A model generated the notes under the pieces. That model did not search any database. It saw only the letters and a program-made list of their open reading frames with translations, and was not told where the DNA came from. A program made the position numbers and the translations under genes. Shown here one piece after another: positions 12,001 through 22,219 of a stretch of 64,000 nucleotides of DNA; positions within the stretch are counted from its first letter, which is position 1; every line of letters begins with the position of its first letter. The stretch comes from Lytechinus pictus. Taxonomy: Eukaryota. The DNA is taken from assembly GCF_037042905.1 (NCBI RefSeq), contig NC_087261.1, positions 1,798,001 to 1,862,000 on the forward strand, read 5' to 3'.

Positions 12001-15000
12001 TGGGTTCAAAGCATTTAAATGAAAACTTTAAATTGTATTACTTAAAAAAGACTTGTATACAAATTCAACGCAATAGATAAGGAAAAACTCATAATTTACT
12101 TTTTTTAAGCAGCTTGCATATGCCACTCAACTTGGGCAAATGCGCACAATTAGGGCTTTATTTATCATGTATTCATACTTGTGATTCTGTTCCGATAAAA
12201 TTCTATAATATGTCCAGTGTTAAGAGGGAGCTCACCTAGAGCTGAATGAGATAATTTTCTCAATCTTTTACTGTCTTTATTCCCATCAGATCACGTATGA
12301 TAAGGATGAAGTAGGTGATATATCAGAGCCTAAGTTTGGAGAGATTGATCAGTCTAATAACCCTCATGTTGGCGGCAACCGTTGGGCAGGAGGAACGGGT
12401 AAGATTGATTCTATTATACCTTTTAGAAAGTAAAATATCAAGACCTAAACTACTTCATATACTCCCTGCATTCTTATCCAGGATGCAGTACTTTTATATG
12501 AAGTCTTATGATGCATCATTACTATCAAGATGAATATTAGCATTCTGTTATATTACTCAAACCACAACATTTGCCAAAATAATATGTGATAAGTATGCTT
12601 CCATTCATTGACCTTATACATATGAGAGGATATAAGAATAAGCGTAGAGTTGTCTGGCATGTGCCAGCTGCAGATCACCAATGCATGCAAGGCAATGGCT
12701 TCAGCCTCTAAGATGGCGATGCGATGATGTCAATACATAAGTGTTATTCCTATTTTTTCAATCATTGCCAAATAACAATCTTAAAGTTGAAATACAGAGG
12801 ATGGCAATGGGAGAAAATAGAATTTACATAATGTATGAATTACTTGTAAATGTACTTAAGTAAAGCAAATATGTAGTTCTTTTAATGAATTGTTTATTTT
12901 ATAGGAGGTCGAGATACCGCTGGTTAAGGTGGTATACGAGGTCCATTCAGATTAGATGCTGGTCATGATGTTCATCATTTTGATATTTTTTTTATTTATT
13001 AGGAGGTCTAGATACCACTAGTTTAGGTGGTTTAGGTAGGTGGAGGACCATTTAGATGCTGGTCATGATGCACATCATTTTAATATTTTGATGTCTTGTT
13101 TATTTTGTAGGAGGTCAAGATACTAAATTAGATTAGACATTCATCATTTTGATATCTTGTTTATTTTGTAGGAGGTCGAGATACCGCTGGTTTAGGGGGT
13201 GTCGGAGCAACATTCATATTAGATACATGTACAGGTCATGATTTTTATCATTTTGATATTATGTTTATTTTGTAGAAGGTCGAGATACTAAATTAGGTTA
13301 GATGTTCATCGTTTTGATATCTTGTTTATTTTGTAGGAGGTCGAGATACTGCTGGTCTGGTGGTATTGGAGGGCCATTCATATTTGATGCTGGTTTTGAT
13401 GTTCATTTTGATATTATTTTCTTTAGGTGGTCGAGATACTAAATTAGATTAGATGTTCATCGTTTGATATCTTGTTTATTTTGTAGGAGGCCGAGATACC
13501 GCTGGTATGGGTGGTATAGGAGGTCCATTCAGATTAGATGCTGGTCATGATGTTCATCAAGTCTCACAGGCTATGAAGGATGCTGTACCAGAAGAGGTAA
13601 GAATTTATTCATATTAAAAATCTGTTTGATAATGATAATATTGATATTATCATCATCATCATCATAATAATGATATAATAATAATGATAATAACAATGAT
13701 AATAATAGGTACATTTATATAGCACGTAATAATTAATGTTTCTGAGTGCTTTACATTGTAATTATTATTACTCCGGTCATCGGATCCTTGCATGCCTGCA
13801 AACAATGTATGCACTCTCTCCACTCCCTGGGGAGCATTCCAACAAGAGTTCCAAGACTCCATTGCTAGGCATACTACATAGGCTTTGTCAACCTGGCCTG
13901 TGCATTACAACATTGTAATGAGAAGAATAAATCATGTTACCTATTGCTAATGGGGATAACGTGATTTACTGATTACCACGTGTGGTTGTGCATTATTCAT
14001 TGTAAGTGGTGACAACTTCTGAAATGCCCTAAATGAAGAAGTGCCCATAAATAAATGAATCAGTGATAGATATTTGCAAGTAGATAGGGATTATGATACA
14101 TTTTCATAAAGATAATATCGATTAGTCCGAAATTGCATTATTCCAAAGGTTCAGTAGTTGCAAAATAACTACTAATAACTTCATTTGGGATCATCGAACC
14201 TCCAGATTTAAGAAACATATGTAGTTTTCAGATCAACAGACATGAACTGATTTTTGTAATAATGCCTCAGATTTAATGAAACTTGGGAATTATGAACCTT
14301 AAGAATAATGAACATTTGGAATAGCAAGTTGTAACTATTTATCCACCTAGGTGAGGAAAGCTGCAAGAGAGATGGCTCAGAAGGCTTACAAGGCAAGACT
14401 CAAGGAAATTGATATGTCTGAGTATGATGCAGAGACCTATGACAGATTCTCAGACGGTGTCAAGAGACAGGTCACTTCCCTTAGGGTTATTCTAGATAGT
14501 CTACAGGTAGGTTAACATGCAATCAAGTATGAGTAGTTTGCAATCAATTATGATAGGTTAGGCAATCAAGTATGGATTAGGCAATCATGTATGGATTTGG
14601 CAATCAAGTATGGATTTGGCAATCAAGTATGGAATTTGCAAGTGTCGTTTTTCAAATCATGTACGGTGGTTTTGCAATATTAGATAATGGCTATGTTCTC
14701 AAATATGGTGGATTGCAAATCAAACATGAATTTTCATTCAAATATGAATGTGTGATCAAATTTAAATTGCGTTCATTGTGTCAGATTGCATTTTAATGTG
14801 TTGAATTTTTCAATCAATTATCGTGGATTCACAATCAAATACAGCAGATTTCCAATCAGATATGCTGGATGCTCAACAAATAATTCTGTTTCCAATCATT
14901 TTCTTGGTAATTGGTTTGTTTTTGTATTTTTTTTAGGCAAAAGCCAAAGAAAGGCAGTGGATCAAACACCAATCGTCTGGAGATCTTGATGAAGTGAAAT

Positions 15001-15921
15001 TAATTGAAGGACTGACCGGAGAGAAGGCTATCTACAAAAGGAGGGGCGAACAAGATCCAGAAGTAAGAAATGGAATAAAGAGACAAAGAGAGATGTAGTG
15101 AGAAAGAAAGAGAGGAAGAGACAAGGGTAGAAACCCAGAAAAAAAAGCATGGAAAGACTCAGAGAGGGGGGAAAAGAAGGAAATAAATGAGAAAGAGATC
15201 ATACTTGAAGTGTTAGGAATATGGAGTGCTGTGGCCCAGTGGATTAGTCTCCAAACTTTGAAACAGAGGGTCATGGGTCCAAATCCAAACTACATGTATT
15301 GTGTAATTTCCTCCAACAAGAAATTGATCCACAATGTGCTGCACTCGACCTAGGTGAAGTAAATCAACTGAATTTTATTAATTTCTTCTTTCACTCTTAC
15401 TCTCTTTCAGATGGGAAGCCCACAGGAGCATCCAAAGAGATTAAGGCTTGTAGTTGATGTGAGTGGTAGCATGTATCGGTTCAATGGACATGATGGACGT
15501 CTAGACAGAACTCTACAGGCTATATGCATGGCTATGGAAGCGTTTGAAGGCTATGAAGAAAAGTTTGCTGTAAGTGTGCCCTCTTCTTATTCTTCTTAAT
15601 ATGTTTGAAATTTTCTTGATCTTCAAATATCAATGCACATATTTATACCATTGGTACAAGCCTGCTGAGCTTTTGATTGCCCCCCCCCCCCCCACTATCT
15701 GTATTCATATATTACTTTGTATATATTTTTATTGTGGAAATGAATGGAAAATTAAAAAATTGGGTTCATTTGAAATCTTATCTGAAGTTGTGGTATAACT
15801 ACGTGTATGGATAGCCAATAGTGACACAAATCTCGAACAGTACAGTTTCAATTTTTTACCATTAAAGCATGAGGAAATGGCACAGTAAAGATAAGAAACA
15901 TACAATTGTAACATCGTTTTT

Positions 15922-15952
<31 letters not shown>

Positions 15953-18900
15953 TGCTTCCCATAATTTCAACATGTAGTTATAACATGGCCTAACTTAAAC
16001 TCAGTTTCAGAATACAGGTGTAAAAGTTCATAGATATTGCAAGTCAGATGTGATTTGGGTAAATATTAAGTTTGTACCAGGTAATTTCATTTTGCCCTAT
16101 TTTCTCATCTCATTCTTTTTCCTAATTACCTTAAATGTGTTCAGCAGAAACTACATGAAAATAATGTGTCATCTCTTTTTTGTGTGTGTTTTTAGTATGA
16201 TATTGTAGGCCACTCTGGAGAGACATGTGATGAAGTCTTCCTCAAATCTGACAAGGTTCCAAAGAACAACAATGAAAGACTCAAAGTCCTGAGGGTAAGT
16301 TATTTCCTATGCAACCCTCAAGATTGTCCATCCTTATAATTCTTGACTAAGCTACTCTTGATAATATTCAAATTCAACGTCTTACTAATCACATCATTAC
16401 GACTTCTCTAAGCATTTTATATTGTTACCCTAGTCATTTGATTCTGGATTACCCATAAATGTATATGCATAATCTCCAGTCACTGGTGATAATTCCAGAA
16501 AAGCTGTCAAGGCGCTATTATAGCTAAGCCAATGACATTGATGTTTGCATTCCAACAGGTACCTATTTAAGACCTTGATAGAAAGAAATGCCTAGGTTGC
16601 ATTTGTAAACAAGACCTTCTGGTTAAAATGCAAGAGTTGGAACCACTACATCATGACACTTCCACTTGAATATATTCAATTTATTTCTCAATACTTTCAT
16701 GACTTAAATCTTCAGTATCCATACATTCCTATAAGATTAGGAACCATGTTGAGTTCTGCCTTGGATACAAAGTCTGAGGCACCTTCAAGTCTTGTTTAGA
16801 TATGAATGATTTGATTTGATTTGATTTTGATTTTATTTTATTTACCAATATAAAATCAATACATATATATAAAATTACAACATAATATTATACATGATAA
16901 AATAACATTGGATGGATCGCCCTACTCAGCTGAGCCATTACAGCACAACGGTTCTGCCGAGGGGTCCAGCTATATCAAATAAAAAATATGAAATTCATAT
17001 TACAAAAATAAATTCTTTAACAAATTTGTGTAACATAAAAGCAACATCAGTTAAAGGGAGAAACAGCAATCCCACCCCATCCTACAGTAGAAACTGAGTA
17101 CCCAACCGCACCCACCACCCATCCCAAAAGTGCCCCCAAGTTATATGTTTGAACTTTGGTTTAAAGGGAAATAGTTTTCAGGATTTGGTCATTAAGTGTC
17201 CATGATGTCCATGATAAAGCACAGCAATGATTTTCATGGGTTCTAGATATTGTGAGACAAAATGCACCATGCTAGAAATTTAGCAAAATAATGACATCTT
17301 CCATCAAGGATATTTAAGAGACTAATTAGTGGTGCGCTAGCAACTTGTAGTCTTCCTAATTCTGAGATTACTTCTCTTTCTTATCTATCCTAAATTGTAG
17401 AACCTCCACACTAACACTCTATCTTGCTTAAGCGGTGGCAACACTTGTAGTCTTCCTAATTCTGAGATTACTTCTCTTTCTTATCTATCCTAAATTGAAG
17501 AACCTCCACACTAACACTCTATCTTGCTTAAGCGGTGGCAACACTGTTGAAGCAGCTACAACGTCCATCCAAGATATCCCCAACAAGACTGAAGATTAGT
17601 ATTTTATCAACTTAATAATCCTTCAATTTCTTCTCATTCTTATCTTTCTCACATCTCAGAACCTCCATGCTCATGCTCAATTCTGCCTCAGCGGTGACAA
17701 CACCGTTGAAGCAGCAAAGACAGCCATCCAGGACATCGTCAAGGAGGAAGCCGATGAGTACTTTGTCATCATCCTGAGTGATGCTAACCTAGATCGGTAT
17801 GGTATCAGTCCTAAGGTTCTATCACGCGTCATGCAGCAGGATGAAGATGTTAATGCCTATGCCATCTTCATAGGATCTATAGGAGATCAGGCAGGAAGGT
17901 AAGGAGGGGATCTACTGCATTTTGGGTGATTGACAGGAGAGTAAAGACAAGGCATTGGTAGAGATGCCAACCATTACCTGTTTTAATAATAATAGCTAGA
18001 TTTATAAAGCGCTTTTTGCCTGAGGATACAAAGCGCTGCTATTATTACCCCGGGTTTAGCTCGAGCTACATGTACCATCACCGTTACTCAGTGCATGCAA
18101 GGAATTACTCCTGCTGGGTACCCATTCACTCACCTCACCTGGGTCGAGTGCAGCACAGTGTGGATAAATTTCTTGCTGAAGGAAAACACGCCATGGCTTG
18201 GATTCGAACCCACGACCCTCTGTTTCAAAGGCGAGAGTCAGAACCACTAGACCATGACGTAATTATTACCCTTTTGCAACCAAATTACGGCATTATGTTT
18301 TTCCTTCATTAAATATGAATTTCTTTATTATTATTTTTTTTTTTAATTGTATCCTATCGATGGAAATTTTCTCTATAGTTCTCTATTTCATAAAACTTAC
18401 ACAAGTTAGATAATTGGATGGATGTCGTTTTAGGTACTAGATCAAAGGTCACGAGTTGGTCTATATTAAAAAATACAGATTTAAGGATCACTGAATTCAG
18501 TTTCTCATTCCCAGAGTTTGGCAGGTCTGGTTGTAATTGCCCTATTTAGAAATTATTTTTTTGTTGGAAATTCCTATTCTTTTGCTATTCCTTTTTTTTT
18601 GGGGGGGGGGGTAACACAAGGTTGGGAGCTCTGCATTGGTAAGTGCATGTCAGTCTAGGACAGCATTTCTTTAAAATTTGTCAGATAAACAGTCGTTTGT
18701 CGGATAAAGCTACAGACAAGTTCATTCATGAAACGTTCCCAGTGCCTCTCAGCCAATCAAAATCATGGAAATTGTATCGTCTGACAATAAATGTTGATGA
18801 AATGCTCTCCTGTTCTCAAGAGATGATGTCTATCCAATTTCATTAGGATCAACTTGAATTTTGTTTGCCCTCCTTAACAAGGTTTCTCATTCTGTTTTCT

Positions 18901-19013
18901 TTCATTTCAGATTGGTTCGTAATCTTCCCGCTGGACATGGGTTCGTCTGTATGGACACCAAAACTATCCCTCAGATCATGCAACAGATATTCACTTCTAC
19001 TATGCTCAAATAG
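2895..19013 (+). CDS. VWA8: von Willebrand factor A domain-containing protein 8, 5'-partial; join(2895-3003,3639-3777,5466-5653,6666-6850,8229-8354,8916-8998,9098-9273,9715-9910,10754-10832,11601-11796,12290-12398,13487-13596,14351-14506,14937-15062,15411-15569,16196-16294,17660-17898,18911-19013)
   Basis: 18 GT-AG exons join in one frame (2578 nt, stop TAG at 19011-19013). Peptides match the VWA8 C-terminal half as I recall it: GVVTVDSGGHVRLWETG, PHVGGNRWAGGTGGRDTAG, PKRLRLVVDVSGSMYRFNG (MIDAS DxSxS), EEADEYFVIILSDANL, IPQIMQQIFTSTML. The 5' exons (AAA domains) lie upstream of the window. Confidence 0.95.
3639..3777 (+). CDS. VWA8: VWA8 exon (GPAHIQV...SWQLPMNEMNIPTDVAVTK)
   Basis: tttcag acceptor, G|gtatgt donor, open frame. 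Confidence 0.88.
4095..4256. mobile_element. Short MITE (ggggagcatttcat...atgaaacgcccc)
   Basis: Imperfect TIRs; rearranged relative at ~18655-18812. Confidence 0.65.
4340..4923. mobile_element. Non-autonomous TTAA DNA transposon, Kolobok-like (AGG...CCT termini)
   Basis: TTAA TSD at 4336-4339 and 4924-4927, TIR aggagaatgaaac, internal inverted repeats; near-identical copy at 29564-30148. Confidence 0.88.
5466..5653 (+). CDS. VWA8: VWA8 exon (...GNPISLYSM...LGGPLQGQVVLNDPK)
   Basis: tatag acceptor, AAG|gtatgt donor; inside ORF 5435-5710. Confidence 0.9.
5872..6107. repeat. Fold-back array of a ~39-bp GC-rich unit (3 direct + 3 inverted)
   Basis: ccttcccgcacaaaggccgttagcgcgcact units followed by their reverse complements. 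Confidence 0.8.
6666..6850 (+). CDS. VWA8: VWA8 exon (SHTSLLIDP...YKMCSEFAHENWLVFY)
   Basis: gatag acceptor, GG|gtgagt donor. Confidence 0.9.
6875..7289. mobile_element. PIF/Harbinger-like MITE (AGGC...GCCT, 3-bp TSD TAA)
   Basis: TIR aggccaccgcacaccttacgact; inverted copy at 22654-23026. Confidence 0.85.
7292..7707. mobile_element. Second MITE with the same TIR family but a different interior
   Basis: ccaccgcacaccttacaacc ... ggttgtaaggtgtgtggtggcct, followed by TTA. Confidence 0.75.
8229..8354 (+). CDS. VWA8: VWA8 exon (SKVEWMDVLNGE...WLLVEAKTD)
   Basis: polypyrimidine tract + gatag acceptor, AG|gttggt donor. Confidence 0.9.
8916..8998 (+). CDS. VWA8: VWA8 exon (KYLMTRPSHDAPVSQLHAIF...)
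   Basis: tatag acceptor, G|gtatgt donor, phases consistent. Confidence 0.85.
9098..9273 (+). CDS. VWA8: VWA8 exon (...APNRLMADPNSYGSVAVGFPDLQ)
   Basis: catag acceptor (alternative in-frame AG ending 9103), CAG|gtgagc donor. Confidence 0.9.
9715..9910 (+). CDS. VWA8: VWA8 exon (SSVDVYSAPRP...QVVRVL...EVFPD)
   Basis: gccag acceptor, G|gtaaga donor. Confidence 0.9.
10754..10832 (+). CDS. VWA8: VWA8 exon (KVPVSGEFLEIADM...LKYIPIP)
   Basis: tgcag acceptor, AG|gtatgt donor. Confidence 0.88.
11601..11796 (+). CDS. VWA8: VWA8 exon (...GVVTVDSGGHVRLWETG...)
   Basis: ctgcag acceptor, CAA|gtaagt donor. Confidence 0.93.
12290..12398 (+). CDS. VWA8: VWA8 exon (ITYDKD...PHVGGNRWAGGT)
   Basis: catcag acceptor, G|gtaaga donor. 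Confidence 0.93.
12885..13486 (+). repeat. Tandem array of 7 degenerate copies of the splice acceptor plus 5' part of the next VWA8 exon (pseudo-exons)
   Basis: Repeated tgtttattttgtag|GAGGTCGAGATAC-like units with exon-start positions 12905, 13003, 13111, 13172, 13276, 13337, 13427; long (~90-108 nt) and short (~60 nt) units. Confidence 0.92.
13487..13596 (+). CDS. VWA8: VWA8 exon (GRDTAGMGGIGGPFRLDAGHDVHQVSQAMKDAVPEE)
   Basis: Only array copy with an open frame running to the GAG|gtaaga donor. Confidence 0.93.
14351..14506 (+). CDS. VWA8: VWA8 exon (VRKAAREMAQ...SLRVILDSLQ)
   Basis: cctag acceptor, CAG|gtaggt donor. Confidence 0.93.
14518..14641 (+). repeat. ~19-20 bp minisatellite (ggcaatcaagtatggattt-like), about 6 units
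   Basis: Direct tandem units visible just after the donor at 14507. Confidence 0.75.
14937..15062 (+). CDS. VWA8: VWA8 exon (AKAKERQWIKHQ...GLTGEKAIYKRRGEQDPE)
   Basis: ttttag acceptor, GAA|gtaaga donor. Confidence 0.93.
15221..15365 (+). mobile_element. Truncated SINE family A
   Basis: Similar to the 5' part of 36938-37213. Confidence 0.7.
15411..15569 (+). CDS. VWA8: VWA8 exon, start of VWA domain (PKRLRLVVDVSGSMYRF)
   Basis: tttcag acceptor, GCT|gtaagt donor, MIDAS motif DVSGS. Confidence 0.95.
16196..16294 (+). CDS. VWA8: VWA8 exon (YDIVGHSGE...ERLKVLR)
   Basis: ttttag acceptor, AGG|gtaagt donor. Confidence 0.93.
17343..17610 (+). pseudogene. Two tandem pseudo-copies of acceptor + 5' part of the next VWA8 exon (100-bp unit)
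   Basis: Near-identical 100-bp units. The second extends as NLHTNTLSCLSGGNTVEAATTSIQDIPNKTED*YFI versus the true NLHAHAQFCLSGDNTVEAAKTAIQDIVKEEADEYFV. Confidence 0.9.
17660..17898 (+). CDS. VWA8: VWA8 exon (NLHAHAQFCLSGD...AIFIGSIGDQAG)
   Basis: ctcag acceptor, AG|gtaagg donor. Confidence 0.95.
17985..18260 (-). mobile_element. tRNA-derived SINE family A
   Basis: Reverse complement has tggtctagtgg and gggttcgaatcc boxes plus an (att)n tail. Confidence 0.85.
18911..19013 (+). CDS. VWA8: VWA8 terminal coding exon (LVRNLPAGHGFVCMDTKTIPQIMQQIFTSTMLK*)
   Basis: tttcag acceptor, TAG stop; AATAAA at 19065-19070 is a possible proximal poly(A) signal. Confidence 0.95.
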
Positions 19014-19209
19014 ATTCTCTCTCTTTTATTGAGCAGCAATGTGTGTTAATGTATATTATTGGGGAATAAAACTTAACCTTATACTCCCCATTGTGTCCCC
19101 CCTCAACGTTTTTCACGATTTGTCCTCCACGCGAATTTTGTTTACTGCACCACTCGTTTACTTTTAAGTCTTGTTTTTGAGACCAAATTTGCGACTCCCA
19201 TGTATAATT

Positions 19210-20178
19210 CAGGGGATGTTTCACAAAGAGTTAAGTATGACTTACAGTCATGTGTAGTGCTGATGCACATGTTATGTTAGGCTCAATCTTATTGATTGAG
19301 ATGCAGTCGTACGCGTCCTCTTGGTATGATTTGACCAATGCGGTGATGCCTTTTATACCACCCGTATTGGAAATTTAACCCTATCTAGGCCGGGGTATTT
19401 TGGGAGTTCATATGGCCGGGGGGGGGCCTCCCAGGCCCCCCTTGAGATCTTGGCCGTCGACCGCGCGATCGCGTCGAAAATTGGAAGGGGGGTTGTCTCG
19501 GACATAATCTACAAAATTGTATAGTAATTTTTTTCATGCGAATTGCTATTGAGTGATTATGGTAATTTAGGCGTAATTAGTATGCGAAATCATACTTTTT
19601 CCTCTAACTCCCAAAATAAAGCTCAAAATATTCTAATTTGTGGTATAGAAACTCTTTGTGGTGTTCTTAGCAAGTGTACATGAACAAAATTGTGATATCA
19701 AATCATTTTCTTATGTATTATATTGTTTTTTGCAATTTCTTATGTATTTCTTTGTTTTTTTTTACCTTTTGTTTTTCGTCGTTTTTTCAATGAAATTTGT
19801 TGGGGACTCTTCTCAGATCATAAAAAGCATGAAATTAATACATTTAGACCACAAAACTAAAAATAATCATACATTTATGATTTTTGGTTGAAAACACAAT
19901 TTGCATTGACTTTGTACACAAAATCACGTTTTTGAGCAATTTTTGGTCTGACATGCACTTACATAATGTTGCGTAATTTTGGAACCACATACCTGGGCGA
20001 CGCAAAAATTGGTCTCAAAACTTGCGCAAGACTTGAAAGTAAAAAGTCAATGAGCGGCGCGGTCAAAAAATTTTGCGCGAATCGTTGAGGGGGGGGGCCT
20101 CCAAGGCCCCCCCCCCCGGCCTAGATAGGGTTAAGTGTGACTCTAGTCACAATTAACTTTTTTTTTTAACACCCCCAG
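19210..20178. mobile_element. MITE host (ggggatgtttcacaaag...aacacccccag) split by a piggyBac-like insertion
   Basis: Imperfect TIRs; continuity restored by removing 19379-20130 and one TTAA. Confidence 0.6.
19379..20130. mobile_element. Non-autonomous piggyBac-like element
   Basis: TTAA TSD (19375-19378, 20131-20134), perfect TIR CCCTATCTAGGCCGGGG, CCC/GGG termini. Confidence 0.9.
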
Positions 20179-21956
20179 GTCTTAAACTGGTGCTGTTGAA
20201 ATTCACTGCTTAGAAGCCTTATTGCCAAGAGAATAATATATTTACAATATTAGCCTACATCTTCTAGAACTGGAAAGTAACATTTTATTTTCTATGGTTG
20301 CAAATTTTCTATTAATTGCAGATTTGCAACATAAATTTTGTATTGATTTTGAATGTATGTCTTGTACCACTCCAAGGCAGATTTGACTGAATTTTATGAC
20401 ATAGTGTAATTTTTTAAATATGATATATTATGTACATACATGTACATGATGTAAATGAGAAAATATTGTATATAATGAAACTATTTTCTTAATCATTGTT
20501 TTTTTTCATTGGAGTTTTAATATCATTGGATTTGACAAACTTATGATAATTTCAAGAGTAGCCCAGCAGTATTAGAATCATGTATTTCAGATATAGCAGG
20601 GTTTACAAGACATTCATGAGTATAACCCTTAGGAAACTATTGACTTATATAAAGGTTTCCAGTTTTCAGTTTCCTATGCAGGAATTTCTTGGTTCTTCAG
20701 TGACACAAGCGAACCATGGTGAAGCAATTGAAAATATGTAGTGAAAATCTTAGCAAAATATCTATTTCCATAAAAATCTTAGAATTTATGTGTTGTTATA
20801 GCCCCCTCTAGGGCCAATCAATACAGAAAGAGTTGTAATGAAGCACAACTCTAAACAAAATAATATGAAATCTTGTTTTCAACCAGTCCAAATAATATGG
20901 GTACTTTGCTAGGCTACTATATTTTTAGTTTTTGAACCTTTGAAAGTTTCAGATTTTTTTCAGGATGGTAAGCCACTTGTTTTATCAAAAGAGAAAAAAA
21001 AACATGCTGTGATGATTCAATGACTTTTGCTCTGGTGAGAATTGCTCCACTTTAAATTCCATGCACTAATCAAATGATTAATTCAACCCTTTATTTGATA
21101 CTCTACCCTACCTTAACCCTAAACCTAACAGAAAACCCAATGGCAACCCTAATCCTACAGCTTAGATGAAATAAATCACAGAGCAATTTTTGCAAGAGCA
21201 AGTGTCATGTCACCGCTGTGATATTTATATTTGAATTTTTCTTCATTTGTTTTTTTTTGGGGGGGAGGATCTTTGTATTTGTTATAAAATGTTTTTTTAA
21301 TGAGAATATATGCTGCATACAGATTTATTATATGGCTTTGTTCTTATATTAGAGAATGTTGCTTACTTGAAATGTGTATGAGATTAATTATGTTCCTTTA
21401 AGAAGCTCACTTAAATTGTTGTGATTGATTTGATAATATTTGTATTCTTCTTTTGCTCCTTGAATTCTGAGGAGTTTTGGAGACTTTCTTTGAAAATTAA
21501 TATTTCTTAAAGTCCATGCTATATAGTCAGGGACGGTTGGATTGCTTTGATATTATTTCTTTACTGTTAAATCAGACTCTGACAAAAATTTAGTCTTGAA
21601 CTTAAATAGTGATTCATTCAGGGATAGGTGGATTTTAATGGATTCATCTTTGGTGCATTATGTGTACAGGTGTATGTCATAAAGAATATTTGTCTTAATA
21701 ATTGTATTTATTGAGTTTGATTGCAAATTGTATATGTAATGATGAAATGATGAACTGATATGAATATATAAAAAGATATATGTAATATTTGAATGTATGT
21801 GTCAAATCTCTTCGTAGAAGTTGATAATATAATCCCTTCTCTTTTGGGGCATCCTTTTCCCCTTCCTGTTTCCTATTCTCTTGTAATTAACCCCCCCCCC
21901 CCCCTTCCCAGAGAAAAAGAGAGAGAAGGAGTGGAATAGAAGAAATAAAGACAGAT

Positions 21957-22212
21957 CAGGGCCCCGTCTTACAAAGAGTTGTGATTGATCCGATCAATCA
22001 CAGGTATTGTTAGTCAAAAACTCCAACATCAAATGCATTGTTTGTTCAAACTGTTTTTGATACGATGTATATTCATCATTGTGTCGACAATCACTATGTT
22101 CCTCTTTGTATCCAAAGGATATTTTCCGAATTTCCTGTATGAAAATTAATGACATTGCATGATTTCCATAGTTGTTTGATTGGATCTATAATAACTTTGT
22201 AAGACTGGGCTG
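21957..22212. mobile_element. MITE
   Basis: cccgtcttacaaagagtt / aactttgtaagactggg TIRs. Confidence 0.6.
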
Positions 22213-22219
22213 GATTTGT

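Noticed and set aside
12885-13500. CRISPR-like look (repeat plus variable spacer)
   Set aside because: The 'spacers' are degenerate copies of the adjacent VWA8 exon, the context is a eukaryotic intron, and there are no cas genes.
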